Notes under the pieces: model-generated
The model's database searches: none
Told to the model about the DNA's origin: nothing
The model's input: the letters and a program-made list of their open reading frames with translations, nothing else
Part shown: positions 49,405-59,312 of the stretch, piece after piece
Position numbering within the stretch: the first letter of the stretch is position 1
Layout of the letters: every line of letters starts with the position of its first letter
Source of the DNA: Actinomycetales bacterium
Lineage (GTDB): Bacteria > Actinomycetota > Actinomycetes > Actinomycetales > Dermatophilaceae
Length of the DNA stretch: 63,956 nucleotides
Assembly: GCA_038199265.1 (NCBI GenBank)
Contig: JBBPZD010000113.1
Location: forward strand, 1-63,956
Direction: 5' to 3'
Translations under genes and position numbers: made by a program

Positions 49405-50867
49405 GCACCTCGGATCCAGCGTCGACCGGTAATGACACCTCGACCAGTTCCGGACCTGATCTGTTCGGGCGGGGAATGCTGTACGTACTCGTCTGGTCGA
49501 TGCAACTGATCGTCGGCACGCTCGTATCTCCGATCCTCACCCACATCATTCCTCGCGAGGAATTCGGCTCACTGGCTGCCGCGATCGCCCTCTATCAACT
49601 GTTGATCCTCGTTTCGGTCTTCGGCATCGACCAGGCACTGGAGATGCAGCGGATCGAGGATTCCGACGCGAAACGGTCGCGCGGACTGTTGGCCGTCGGC
49701 GTCCTGTTCGCGTTCGTGGTGACGGGTATCGCGGCGCTGACTTCGCCGCTGTGGGCCAGTGCCATCGGGTTCGACGGACCGGGTGGGCTGCCTACCGTCA
49801 CCCTGCTGTGGACCGCCCCCGGAGCCGCGTGCCTGATGGTCCTGGCCCTGCTGCAAGCCGAAGACCGGCTGCTGCGGTTCTGCACCATCAGCCTGTTGGC
49901 GACGGTAGGTGGGCAGGTCTTCGGCCTAGTCCTGTTGTTCACTGTCGAACGCTCGGCCGTGACCTATGCGTGGGGTGGGGTGCTGGGAAATTTCGCCGGA
50001 CTCATCCTCGGTCTCGCGTGGACCAAGCCTCGCCTGGGCGGTCTTCGCGACAGCGAGACAATCAGGCGGGCCCTGCGACTAGGGGTTCCCCTTCTCCTGG
50101 CGGGAATCGCCGATTTCGTCCTGAACGCGGCAGATCGCTTTATCATTCAGGCGTCGTTCGGACCCGGCCAGGTAGCGCGGTACCAGGTTGCTTTCACTGT
50201 CGGAAACGCAATCACCCTTATTCTGATTTTCACAAACCGAGCCTGGATCCCCCGACTCAAGAGCGTCGTGGATGTCGATGAGCGATGGCGTTTGATCGCT
50301 TCTTCGCGAGATGGCATCTACTGGTTGCTCGGGTGGTCTCTGTTGGCCATAACCGTCGCCTCGCCGGCGCTCCTGCGGATAGTCGCCCCAGCGGACTACG
50401 ACCAGCAGTCCCTCTCGATCGTTGTTTTCGTGATCGGATTAGCGGCGCTGCCCGTCGCCGCAACCGGCGCCACGTCCCGAATGTTGATAACCATTCGGTT
50501 GTCCCATCCGATTGCGTGGAGTTCAGCCGCCGCGCTGATAGTGAAACTGGTAGTCACGTTCGCGCTGTTAAAATCGCTGGGTCTAACAGGTGCAGCTCTA
50601 GGCACTCTCGCCGGCTTGGGCACCCAGGCAGTGTGGTTGAGAATTGCGACAGCTAAACGCCATCCTCCGATCCGATCAGGTCGGCCCGTCCTCCTATTTC
50701 TATTTTTGACAAGTATCGCATCCGCCATCTCCACAACCCTGCCGCAGAGCCTGGACTGGAATATTGGCCGCATGTGCTTTGCAGCGCTGTGCGCCGTTCC
50801 ACTGATACACGCGCTGCGGGCTCTGCAAGCCGGTCGGCAGCCCTTGGGTGGCCGCGCATCCGCTTGA
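49401..50867 (+). CDS. Polysaccharide flippase (Wzx/MOP family)
   Basis: SPILTH....EFG, ADRF and about 12-14 TM helices; GTGA-coupled to the GT14 gene. Confidence 0.82.
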   Translation: MSTSDPASTGNDTSTSSGPDLFGRGMLYVLVWSMQLIVGTLVSPILTHIIPREEFGSLAAAIALYQLLILVSVFGIDQALEMQRIEDSDAKRSRGLLAVGVLFAFVVTGIAALTSPLWASAIGFDGPGGLPTVTLLWTAPGAACLMVLALLQAEDRLLRFCTISLLATVGGQVFGLVLLFTVERSAVTYAWGGVLGNFAGLILGLAWTKPRLGGLRDSETIRRALRLGVPLLLAGIADFVLNAADRFIIQASFGPGQVARYQVAFTVGNAITLILIFTNRAWIPRLKSVVDVDERWRLIASSRDGIYWLLGWSLLAITVASPALLRIVAPADYDQQSLSIVVFVIGLAALPVAATGATSRMLITIRLSHPIAWSSAAALIVKLVVTFALLKSLGLTGAALGTLAGLGTQAVWLRIATAKRHPPIRSGRPVLLFLFLTSIASAISTTLPQSLDWNIGRMCFAALCAVPLIHALRALQAGRQPLGGRASA

Positions 50868-51010
50868 CCTCGCGGCGGGTTTGAAGATAGCCAGCGGCCG
50901 GGCAAAGGCCCCCCGACAAGTTACAGGCGACAGCGGCCGAAGGTCGCAGAAGAAGGGCGACGATCACGCGGGCACTCACATGGCAGGGAAGAGCGAAGGT
51001 CAGCGTCGAG

Positions 51011-51581
51011 ACACTCCCGGAGATGTACTCGGCCACGAGAGCATGGGCATCGGCCAGGAAGTCGGGGCAGATGTCCATCACATTGCACCGGGCGATCGCG
51101 TCGTGATTCCCTTCGATATCTCCTGCGGCCACTGCGATCGCGGCCTGATGGCTCAGTGCGAGACCACCTAGGTTCGTGAGCAGGGCAAGGGCGCCACGTT
51201 GTTCGGCTACACCGACATGTACGGCGCAGTGCCGGGTGGTCAGGCCGAGTACCTGCGGGCGTCGTCGACGCCGTCTGTATGGAGGCACGTGGGTCGCTGT
51301 TGAGCACCGCAGTCAAGGCCGCCGGACTACTGCCCGATGTGATCGCCGAGCCTCTCACCGACACGATGGGCGTCGACCGTCTCGCAGCGCTGCACACCGC
51401 GATCAAGAGCGTGCGTCGCGGTGGCACCGTGTCAGTCAGCGGCGTGTACGGCGGCCAGGTCGACCCCCTTGGACTCACTTCCCTGGCCACCCACCGGCTG
51501 CCGTTGGAAGTGGCGCCAGGCGCATACGACAGGTTCCAGAAGAAACAGGACGGCTGTATGAAGGTAGTCCTGAAGCCGTAG
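51011..51581 (+). pseudogene. Decayed Zn-dependent (formaldehyde dehydrogenase-like) MDR dehydrogenase
   Basis: Fragments VLGHESMG...GDRVVIPFDISCGHC...AQCETT*, LFGYTDMYGAVPGGQAEYLR, RRGGTVSVSGVYGG and THRLPL...FQKKQDGCMKVVLKP; TAG at 51169, missing N-terminus and internal deletions. Confidence 0.82.
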
Positions 51582-51599
51582 GACTGTGGCCCATCGCCT

Positions 51600-53315
51600 T
51601 CAGCGGCGGCCGCGCACCCGTCGCTCGTCCCAGACGGGTTCGTCGGATTCGTAGACGTCCCCATCGGCCCCGAAGACCAGGAACCGGTCGAAGCCCCGGG
51701 CGAACCAGCGGTCGTGGGTGACCGCTACGACCGTGCCCTCGAACGCCTCGAGACCCTCTTCGAGCGCCTCAGCGGAGTGCAGATCGAGGTTGTCGGTCGG
51801 TTCGTCCAGCAGCAGTAGCGTCGCCCCGGACAGTTCCAGCAACAAGATCTGGAAGCGCGCCTGCTGGCCTCCGGACAGCGAGCCGAACGTCTGCTCCGCA
51901 GCATGGGCCAGCCCATACCGGTCCAGGGCTTTGGAGGCCTGCTCTCGCGCCTTTCCCTCGCGATGCTCGTCACCGCGATGCAAGATCTCCAGCAGTGTCC
52001 GACTCATCAAGGCTGGATGTTGGTGGGTCTGGGCAAACCAACCCGGGCGCACCCGCGAACCCAACCGCACGACACCTCGGTGCACCACGCGCGCGGGTTG
52101 CACGTCCCCCACCGGCTGATGCTCGACATCCGGGTCGCTGCCGCCGGCCGCGAGGAGCCGCAGGAAGTGGGATTTGCCGGAGCCGTTCGATCCGAGCACA
52201 GCGACCCGTTCGCCGAACCAGAGCTCGGTGGTGATCGGCCGCATCAGCGTCTGCGCGCTGCCCCCCTCCCCTGCTGCCAGCTCCACTGCTTCGCAGATCA
52301 CCGCGCGCTTGGCGGTTCGTCCGCCTCGCAACCGCATGGTCACCTTCTGCTCAGTCGGGGTGACTTCGGGAGGACCGGCATCTTCGAACCTGCGCAGCCG
52401 GGTCTGCGCTGCCTGGTAGCGAGCGGCCATGTCGGAGTTGTAGACGGCCTTCTGCTTGTACATCTGCACCAGTGCCTTGAGCTTCGCCAGCTCTTCGTCC
52501 CACCGCTTACGCAACTCCTCGAGGCGGCTGTTTCGATCCTCCCGGGCTTGGGCATAGGTGGAGAACCGCCCGGGGTGCATCCAGGCGATCGACCCGGCGG
52601 CCGTCGGCTCCAAGGTGGCGACTCTCGTTGCGACCTGGTTCAGCAACTCCCTGTCGTGGCTGACGAAGAGCACCGTTTTGGGTGACTCGTTCAGTGCCTT
52701 CTCCAGCCAGCGTTTGGTGGGGACGTCGAGGTAATTGTCGGGCTCGTCGAGCAGCAGCACTTCTTCCGGACCACGCAGCAACGCTTCGAGAACGACCCGT
52801 TTCTGTTCGCCTCCCGAGAGTGTGGCGACATCGCGCCACTGAACCTTGTCGAATGAGGTACCGATGGCGGCAACAGTGCATTTGTCCCAGAGCGTCTCGG
52901 CCTCGTAACCGCCTACCTCGCCCCAGTCTGCGAGCGCCTGCGCGTAAGCCATCTGAGTGGGCTCGTCATCGCGCTCCACCATCGCGAGCTCTGCTGCATC
53001 GACCGCGCGTGCTGCATTCGCAATCGGTGCGGGTGCGACGCTCACCAAAAGGTCGCGCACAGTGACGCACTCGCCGTCGCGACCCACCTGCCCGATGAAC
53101 TGGCGCATCACACCGAGCCCACCGCTGCGGGTGATGGCTCCCTCGTCGGCTGTCAGCTCCGCGGAGATGATCCGTAAGAGAGTGGTCTTACCGGTGCCGT
53201 TCGGCCCGACCAGCGCCACCTTGGCGCCCTCCCCCACCCGCACGTTGACCCCGTCGAGCAGCGGTCTGCCGTCCGGCAAGGAGTATCCGATCGCATTGAC
53301 ATCGATGTGGCCCAC
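51600..53315 (-). CDS. ABC-F family ATP-binding protein
   Basis: Two ABC domains (GPNGTGKT/LSGGEQ and GSNGSGKS/LSGGQQ) with a coiled linker and no TM helices. Confidence 0.92.
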   Translation of the reverse strand: MGHIDVNAIGYSLPDGRPLLDGVNVRVGEGAKVALVGPNGTGKTTLLRIISAELTADEGAITRSGGLGVMRQFIGQVGRDGECVTVRDLLVSVAPAPIANAARAVDAAELAMVERDDEPTQMAYAQALADWGEVGGYEAETLWDKCTVAAIGTSFDKVQWRDVATLSGGEQKRVVLEALLRGPEEVLLLDEPDNYLDVPTKRWLEKALNESPKTVLFVSHDRELLNQVATRVATLEPTAAGSIAWMHPGRFSTYAQAREDRNSRLEELRKRWDEELAKLKALVQMYKQKAVYNSDMAARYQAAQTRLRRFEDAGPPEVTPTEQKVTMRLRGGRTAKRAVICEAVELAAGEGGSAQTLMRPITTELWFGERVAVLGSNGSGKSHFLRLLAAGGSDPDVEHQPVGDVQPARVVHRGVVRLGSRVRPGWFAQTHQHPALMSRTLLEILHRGDEHREGKAREQASKALDRYGLAHAAEQTFGSLSGGQQARFQILLLELSGATLLLLDEPTDNLDLHSAEALEEGLEAFEGTVVAVTHDRWFARGFDRFLVFGADGDVYESDEPVWDERRVRGRR

Positions 53316-53435
53316 AAGCGGTCATTCTCCCTGAGCCCACACCGAGCGTCACCTGCATTGGATCGCAGTGTCGGTGCCGACCCCTAGCGTCGTGATGCGC
53401 GGGGTGGTCTCGCGTCGAGAACGAGAGGCGAACCG

Positions 53436-54014
53436 ATGCCCACACCAGCAATCCACACCGAGGTTGAAGAATTCGCGCTGTTCCTGGGTGATCAACTGGC
53501 CGCTCTGCGTGCCTCGGCGCACGGGTTGACCGATGAGCAGGCCCGAGCAACCCCGTGTCGCAGCGGATTGTCGATCGGCGGGTTGATCGAACACGCCCTT
53601 TATGTCATGGGTGAACGTTTGCGCGGCCTGGCCGAGGGGAGTCGCGTGCGGGAGTTCACGCCGGCGGCTTTTGGGCAGTTCGCGGCAAGCTTCGCACTCA
53701 CCGGGGACGAGCCGCTGACTCTCGCGCTCGAGCGTTTCGACCAGACCGCCGAGGAGTACCTGCGCAGTGTTCGCGCGTCCGACCCGAACGCGCACACGCT
53801 CGAGCCACCGGCCCCCTGGGACGGTGTGCTGACCGCAACTGCCACGACCGAGCGCTTCTACCTCATGCACCACGTCGAGGAACTGGCTCGGCACGCAGGA
53901 CATGCAGACATCATCCGGGAGCAGCTCGACGGGGCCGATGCGGCCTCGCTCAGGGCCGCAATCGAAGGTCTCCCGGCAAACGACTTCGTCCAACCTTGGT
54001 CACCGGGCACCTGA
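53436..54014 (+). CDS. DinB/DUF664 family protein (thiol S-transferase-like)
   Basis: GLTDEQAR, SIGGLIEH and HHVEELARHAGHADIIRE.LDG. Confidence 0.88.
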   Translation: MPTPAIHTEVEEFALFLGDQLAALRASAHGLTDEQARATPCRSGLSIGGLIEHALYVMGERLRGLAEGSRVREFTPAAFGQFAASFALTGDEPLTLALERFDQTAEEYLRSVRASDPNAHTLEPPAPWDGVLTATATTERFYLMHHVEELARHAGHADIIREQLDGADAASLRAAIEGLPANDFVQPWSPGT

Positions 54015-54069
54015 GAAGTTCTCCTAGGCTGGGCAGCTGAATCAGTGTTTTCGACGGAGGAGACAACGC

Positions 54070-55326
54070 ATGCCGGCCCCCGGCACCCTTGAAGGCGAGG
54101 CCGATCCCGACCACGGCCGCCGACCTGACCACGAAATCGACTTCTGCCGCAAGTTCCTCCTGGAGTTGGGTGCTGACCTCCTGAGTGGCGGGCTGTCTGT
54201 GCACGACGTCGAGGAGATGCTGCGAGGGGTGGGAGCGGCCCTCGGCGCGCACGACGTCGTGGTCGCAGGCACCCCCACAGGGTTGTTCGTGGCGATGGGC
54301 GCCGACGATTCGACCGGATTTCGCCCTGTCGGCGCCGGTCAGCGGTTCGAGCAAACGGCGGATACGTTAGAGGTGATGCATGCCGTCCGCCGCAATGAAC
54401 TGGGCTGTCCGGACGCGCTCGCCCAGCTGCAGGTGATCCGTTCTCGCCCGGCTCCGTGGCCCGCGTGGGTTGCCGATCTCGGCGCCCTGCCCGTCGGCGT
54501 CGGGCTGTGCCTGTTCTTGCAACCGGCGCTGGCGAACGTACTCATCGCAGCGGTCGCTTCGCTACTGATCGCCGGCACGACCGCAGCGGCACGACGCTGG
54601 CCCTCCATGCGCCCACTGGTGCCCGTGGCTGCAGCTTTCAGTGTGTCCGTGGTGGTCCTGCTCGCTACTGAAGCCGGCTGGATGCAGGGCCCGTTGCGGA
54701 CGATCGTCGCGGTGCTGGCCGTCCTCCTTCCAGGTACTCTGCTGGTCACCGGCCTCTCGGAGATTGCCGCAGGTGCCCTCCAAGCAGGCACTGCTCGCCT
54801 GACAGCAGGGGCAGCTCAATTGGTGCTGTTCCTCACCGGCGTCCTAGCGGCAGTAGCGGTGACCGATGCGCCCATGTCCGTGCTCAACAACACCGCAGTA
54901 GCTCGCCAGGGTGGGTGGGCGATAGTCATCGGACTCGTCATCGCGGTAGCGGGTCTCAACATGAACTTGTACGTGCCGCTGCACGCCGTCGTGTCCATCA
55001 CCGCCGTCGTGGCCATCACCGCAGCGACCCAACTCGGTGTCCAACACTTCTACGGACCAGGATTCGGGGGCCTCGCCGGCGCGGTCGCGGCCGCGGGCGC
55101 CGCTGCGCTCGCGCACCGGTTGCCGGGCGGTCCATCCTGGCAGGTTGCATACCTTCCGGCGTTCTGGGTACTCGTTCCCGGCAGCTTCGGCCTGCTGAAC
55201 ACAGCCGGGATCGGGTCGGGCAGTGGGGCGCCTGCGATCCTGACGGCCGTGTTCGCAGTGGTGGGGGTGTCGGTCGGAACGTTGATCGGCGCGCCGTTCA
55301 GCAGGCTGGGTCTGCGCGCGGACTAA
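54070..55326 (+). CDS. Threonine/serine exporter (ThrE family)
   Basis: N-terminal VE..L, PT..F, LLPG..E.A.G....G.ARL and P.FWVLVPG. Confidence 0.8.
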   Translation: MPAPGTLEGEADPDHGRRPDHEIDFCRKFLLELGADLLSGGLSVHDVEEMLRGVGAALGAHDVVVAGTPTGLFVAMGADDSTGFRPVGAGQRFEQTADTLEVMHAVRRNELGCPDALAQLQVIRSRPAPWPAWVADLGALPVGVGLCLFLQPALANVLIAAVASLLIAGTTAAARRWPSMRPLVPVAAAFSVSVVVLLATEAGWMQGPLRTIVAVLAVLLPGTLLVTGLSEIAAGALQAGTARLTAGAAQLVLFLTGVLAAVAVTDAPMSVLNNTAVARQGGWAIVIGLVIAVAGLNMNLYVPLHAVVSITAVVAITAATQLGVQHFYGPGFGGLAGAVAAAGAAALAHRLPGGPSWQVAYLPAFWVLVPGSFGLLNTAGIGSGSGAPAILTAVFAVVGVSVGTLIGAPFSRLGLRAD

Positions 55327-56177
55327 CCAGCCTCAGATGCCGACGTACCAGGCAGTTCTCGTGTTGTTCGCGCCTGCGCCGCCCGAGCCGCGAGCCGGTC
55401 GTCCGCCGGATAGCTGATCTCCTCCAGGCAGAGGCCGTGCGGGGCCATCACTTTGACCGCCGGATGGCGTCGTCGACCGCTCATCACGTGCGCCGGCCAC
55501 TGCGGTTGCCGGGTTCCGTCGCCGACGGGCAGCACCACCCCGACCAGCGAACGCACCATGGAGTGGCAGAACGCGTCGGCGATGACGGTCGCTACGAGTG
55601 TGCCGTTCGCGATCCGCTCCCACCGGTACTCCAACAACGTCCGAACCGTCGTCGCACCCTCTCGCCGCTTGCAGAACGAAGCGAAGTCATTGAGACCCAT
55701 CAGCTGCGCAGCTGCCTCATTCAACAGTGCCAGGTCCAGCGACTGCTTGACGAATACCGTGTCGTGCCGGCGCAGCGGATCCCTCGTGCTCGGGTCATCG
55801 CAGATTCGATAGCTGTACCGGCGGCTCAATGCCGAAAATCTGGCGTCGAACCCTGGCGCAGCCTCACGCACCCGGTGCACGACGATGTCCGCCGGCAGCA
55901 CCCCGTTCAATCGGCGGGCGGCGGCCTCGGCAGGTTCCCGACCCGACCGGGCGGGCAACGTTTCGTAGGCCCGCGGATCGACATCGAGGTGGCAGACCGC
56001 ACCCCTTGCGTGCACCCCGGCGTCTGTCCTGCCGGCGATCGTCAACCGCGGTACCTGTGAGCGCAAGATCGTCCCGCAGGCCTCGCTCAGAGTCTGCTCC
56101 ACGGATCGCAGACCAGGTTGCATCGCCCACCCGATGAACTCGCGACCGTCATAGCCGAAATCGATCCGTAGCCGCAC
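55323..56177 (-). CDS. truA: tRNA pseudouridine(38-40) synthase
   Basis: YDG..F.GW..QP, AGRTDAGVHA, FDARFSA and FCHSMVR; GTG start at 56177. Confidence 0.96.
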   Translation of the reverse strand: MRLRIDFGYDGREFIGWAMQPGLRSVEQTLSEACGTILRSQVPRLTIAGRTDAGVHARGAVCHLDVDPRAYETLPARSGREPAEAAARRLNGVLPADIVVHRVREAAPGFDARFSALSRRYSYRICDDPSTRDPLRRHDTVFVKQSLDLALLNEAAAQLMGLNDFASFCKRREGATTVRTLLEYRWERIANGTLVATVIADAFCHSMVRSLVGVVLPVGDGTRQPQWPAHVMSGRRRHPAVKVMAPHGLCLEEISYPADDRLAARAAQARTTRELPGTSASEAG

Positions 56178-56317
56178 CAGCGAAGGGTAGCGAAGGCGCG
56201 TCCAAGACTTGAAAACAACGCGGTAGGACCTCCACGTTCTCAGCAAATGTGCCAGCCACCAGTGGAGGGGCGACGGATCATGAGCAAGACCACTGCGCCG
56301 TCCTGACTGTCTTGACC

Positions 56318-57781
56318 TCAGCTGTGCGGTGTCTGGTACACCACTCTCATCAGCGTCTCGCCGGCGCACAGCAGCCGGCGGTACCGCGAGCGGACTGCTG
56401 CGTACAGCTCCACCCCACCCGGGTCGGGCGTGAACCGGGCGCCGGTCGTCACCATCGCGGCTACGGCCTCGTCCCAGCCGGGGTGGATTCCGGCGCCAAC
56501 GGCGGCGCAGACTGCCGCGCCCAGACCGGCGGCGTCATCCATGCCGGTGCGTGTCGTGGGCCGGCCGAGTACATCGGCCAGGATCCGCATCATCAGATCC
56601 GATTTCGCACCTCCGCCGCTGACGATCAGCGTTGCGCGGCCTCGCCCGAGCACAACCTCCATGGCCTCGATGTGCTCCGCCATGGTGAGGGCGATGCCCT
56701 CCAGCACACATCGGTACAGAGCTCCGCGCCCCTGGGTGCCGTCGAAACCGATGAAGGCGCCACGCCGGTGCGGCTGCCCCGTGGGTGGCAACCAGTCCAG
56801 CAGTGCCGACAGCCCGTTGCACCCCGCCGGTTCGAGGCGTGCCTCCGCCTCCAGCATGAGCTCTGCAACCACGGCATCCCCGGCGACGTTCCCGGAGCGA
56901 CCTGGGGGCTCCAACAGATCCCGGATCCAGGACACCGTCCACATCCCGCGTCTGATGCCGTCGCTTTCCACCAGATACTCGCCGGGTGTCGCAGCGAAGT
57001 TGACCCAGTACTTCCCGGTGTCCCACCGCGGCTGTTCGCTCACCGCCATGGCGGCGATGTAGGTGCCTAGCGAGAGGAGGACACCGTCGGCCGGCGATCG
57101 CAGCCCGGCACCGAGCGCCTCGACCGCCTTGTCGTTAGCCGTGGCGTAGACGGGAGTTGCGCAGGGGATGCCGGTCGCCTCGGCAGCCGACGCCGTCACG
57201 TGGCCGAGCATCTCCCCCGGCGCCACCACGTCCATCAGCTGGTCCCGGCGCATCCCCGTTCGTTCGTAGTGCGTCGGATCGCCTGACCATTGTGCGGTCG
57301 ACTGGTCTATCGGCCAGACCCCCTGATAGTTGGCTGCCGCATCCCGGAACTCACCGGTCAATCGATGCCCGATGTAGCCCGACGATGTCGTGATGTACGC
57401 GGCCGGCTCGGCGCCCACCGGGTCGTAAGAGCGCGATACCCGTTCGTCCATCCAGCTGAGGACCGGTTCGAGCAACGTCCCGTCTGCGTCCAACATCGCT
57501 CGGCAGTACCGGATGGTGCACAGGCCGACTGCTTCGATGTCTTCGGGTCGGCCCCCGAAGGCTTCGACAGCGGCGCTGCAGGCAGCCCGGACCGAATCCC
57601 ACAGGTCATCATCGGGATGAACGACCTGGCCTGGTGCAGGGAACGTCGAGGGGCGCAACGGCTGGCGACCTGATGCGTGCACCCTGCCGTACTGGTCGAT
57701 CACCGAGACCTTGGTGCTCTGCGACCCGTTGTCGATGCTGAGCACGAACCGCAGCCCGGGCCTGGCCACCTGCGGATTCAT
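56318..57781 (-). CDS. ygcE: FGGY family sugar kinase (YgcE-like)
   Basis: IDNGSQSTKV, HPDDDLW, TANDKAVE, SLGTY and SGGG; ATG 57781 overlaps the upstream stop. Confidence 0.85.
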   Translation of the reverse strand: MNPQVARPGLRFVLSIDNGSQSTKVSVIDQYGRVHASGRQPLRPSTFPAPGQVVHPDDDLWDSVRAACSAAVEAFGGRPEDIEAVGLCTIRYCRAMLDADGTLLEPVLSWMDERVSRSYDPVGAEPAAYITTSSGYIGHRLTGEFRDAAANYQGVWPIDQSTAQWSGDPTHYERTGMRRDQLMDVVAPGEMLGHVTASAAEATGIPCATPVYATANDKAVEALGAGLRSPADGVLLSLGTYIAAMAVSEQPRWDTGKYWVNFAATPGEYLVESDGIRRGMWTVSWIRDLLEPPGRSGNVAGDAVVAELMLEAEARLEPAGCNGLSALLDWLPPTGQPHRRGAFIGFDGTQGRGALYRCVLEGIALTMAEHIEAMEVVLGRGRATLIVSGGGAKSDLMMRILADVLGRPTTRTGMDDAAGLGAAVCAAVGAGIHPGWDEAVAAMVTTGARFTPDPGGVELYAAVRSRYRRLLCAGETLMRVVYQTPHS

Positions 57782-59274
57782 GCCTGCGAGCGCGGCACCG
57801 GATCGGTGAACTCTTCCACGGGATAGATCGTGGCGGCGTTCATGATGCACAGCGGATCGAACTGCTTCTTCAGCCCTTCCAGCAAGAAGTAGGCACTGCC
57901 GTGTTCCTGCTGCACCCACGGCACGCGGTATTTTCCGATTCCGTGGTGGTGCACCATCGATCCATTGAATCGCAACGCTTCTTCGACGATGATCGCGTTC
58001 AGGGGCTTGTGGTATTCCTCGATCTCTTCGCGCGGCTCGCAGCGGATGTCGTAGTCGTAGACGAAGTACAGGTTGGTACCGGTCTGGTAACTGTGCGACG
58101 AGTGCCCGCCCAGCAGGCTCAGGTCCGCCGCATGCGGGAACTCGGCAGCGATACGGTCCAGCACCGCGTCGTACAGAGGCCCGGCCTGCGACCAGTCGAC
58201 CGATACCTCGGTGGTGTAACCCAGGTGCTTCTCCTGCAGCATGGTCTGCTTCTCGGCCTCGATCTTGTCGGCACCCCAGTTCAACCCCTCGAACCATTCC
58301 TGGATCAGCGCAGGGTCGACTGGCGTTGCACCCGGCATCGCCGCGAACTGCTCCTCGATGGCCTGCCCTGTCGCCGCGACGATCGGCGCCGGGCCCTCGG
58401 CCACCAACGCGACGACACACTTGCCGTCGGCGAAGTGCGAGAAATGCTGGCCCGCATCGCCGGCGGAGTACGCACGGCACACCGACGGACGGTACCCGGC
58501 TGTCACCAACTCGCGCAGCGAGTCGATCGCGGCCGCGAAGTCGTCCATCAGATATCCGAAGTAGCGGTTGTTGTCGGGGTAGTGCCGGAACACCGCGACG
58601 GTTACCTCGGTGATGTAGCACAACGCGCCCTCGTTGCCGATGACGACGTGGCGGATATCGGGCCCGGCCGCGCGCCGCGGCACGTTCTTGATGCGCGCGA
58701 CCTGTCCGCCGGGGAAGACGGCTTCCAGCCCGATGACCATGTCCTCGATACCGCCGTAGAGGGTAGAGAACTGGCCGATCGACCTGGTGGCCACGAGTCC
58801 GCCCATCTGAGCCAGCGGCTTGGACTGCGGGGAGTGCCCGGTCGTCAAACCCTGCTCCCGGAGCAGGTCCTCCAGCACCTGTAACGGCACACCGCACTGC
58901 GCAGTGACCCGCATGTTGACCGGGTCGATGTCCAGAATTGCGTTCATCGCCGAACCGTCGATCACGACGGTGTCCTCGACCGCAGTCTCCAGGCCCCCCT
59001 CGGTACCCGTGCCGCCGGTGCGCGGGACCACGTTGACCCGGTACTCCTGTGCGAAGCGCAGTAGCGCAGCCACCTGTTCCGTGCTGGTCGGACGCACGAG
59101 CGCAGCAGGCTGCGGCCCGTCGTAGATGCCGTGGACGGCGGCGTACTTCTTGAATCTGTCCACGCTCACCTCCTGCAGCTGGCGTTCGTCGGTCACAACT
59201 GCGGACGAACCGAGCAGAGCGACGAGATGGCCGACGACTGCCGAACGGGAAAGGGTGGAACGGGAAGCAACCAT
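57778..59274 (-). CDS. ygcU: FAD-linked oxidoreductase (YgcU / alkyl-DHAP-synthase-like)
   Basis: TGHSPQSKPLAQMGGLVATRSIGQFSTLYG, PRRAAGPD, GNEG and HHHGIGK. Confidence 0.88.
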   Translation of the reverse strand: MVASRSTLSRSAVVGHLVALLGSSAVVTDERQLQEVSVDRFKKYAAVHGIYDGPQPAALVRPTSTEQVAALLRFAQEYRVNVVPRTGGTGTEGGLETAVEDTVVIDGSAMNAILDIDPVNMRVTAQCGVPLQVLEDLLREQGLTTGHSPQSKPLAQMGGLVATRSIGQFSTLYGGIEDMVIGLEAVFPGGQVARIKNVPRRAAGPDIRHVVIGNEGALCYITEVTVAVFRHYPDNNRYFGYLMDDFAAAIDSLRELVTAGYRPSVCRAYSAGDAGQHFSHFADGKCVVALVAEGPAPIVAATGQAIEEQFAAMPGATPVDPALIQEWFEGLNWGADKIEAEKQTMLQEKHLGYTTEVSVDWSQAGPLYDAVLDRIAAEFPHAADLSLLGGHSSHSYQTGTNLYFVYDYDIRCEPREEIEEYHKPLNAIIVEEALRFNGSMVHHHGIGKYRVPWVQQEHGSAYFLLEGLKKQFDPLCIMNAATIYPVEEFTDPVPRSQA

Positions 59275-59312
59275 GGGACTTTCTTCTATGGGTATCGATG
59301 AACAGGTGTGAT

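Noticed and set aside
56318-58897. 859-aa ORF suggesting a large kinase fusion
   Set aside because: The N-terminal ~370 aa are an Arg-rich off-frame overlap of the ygcU-like gene. The kinase starts at ATG 57781, coupled to the upstream stop.
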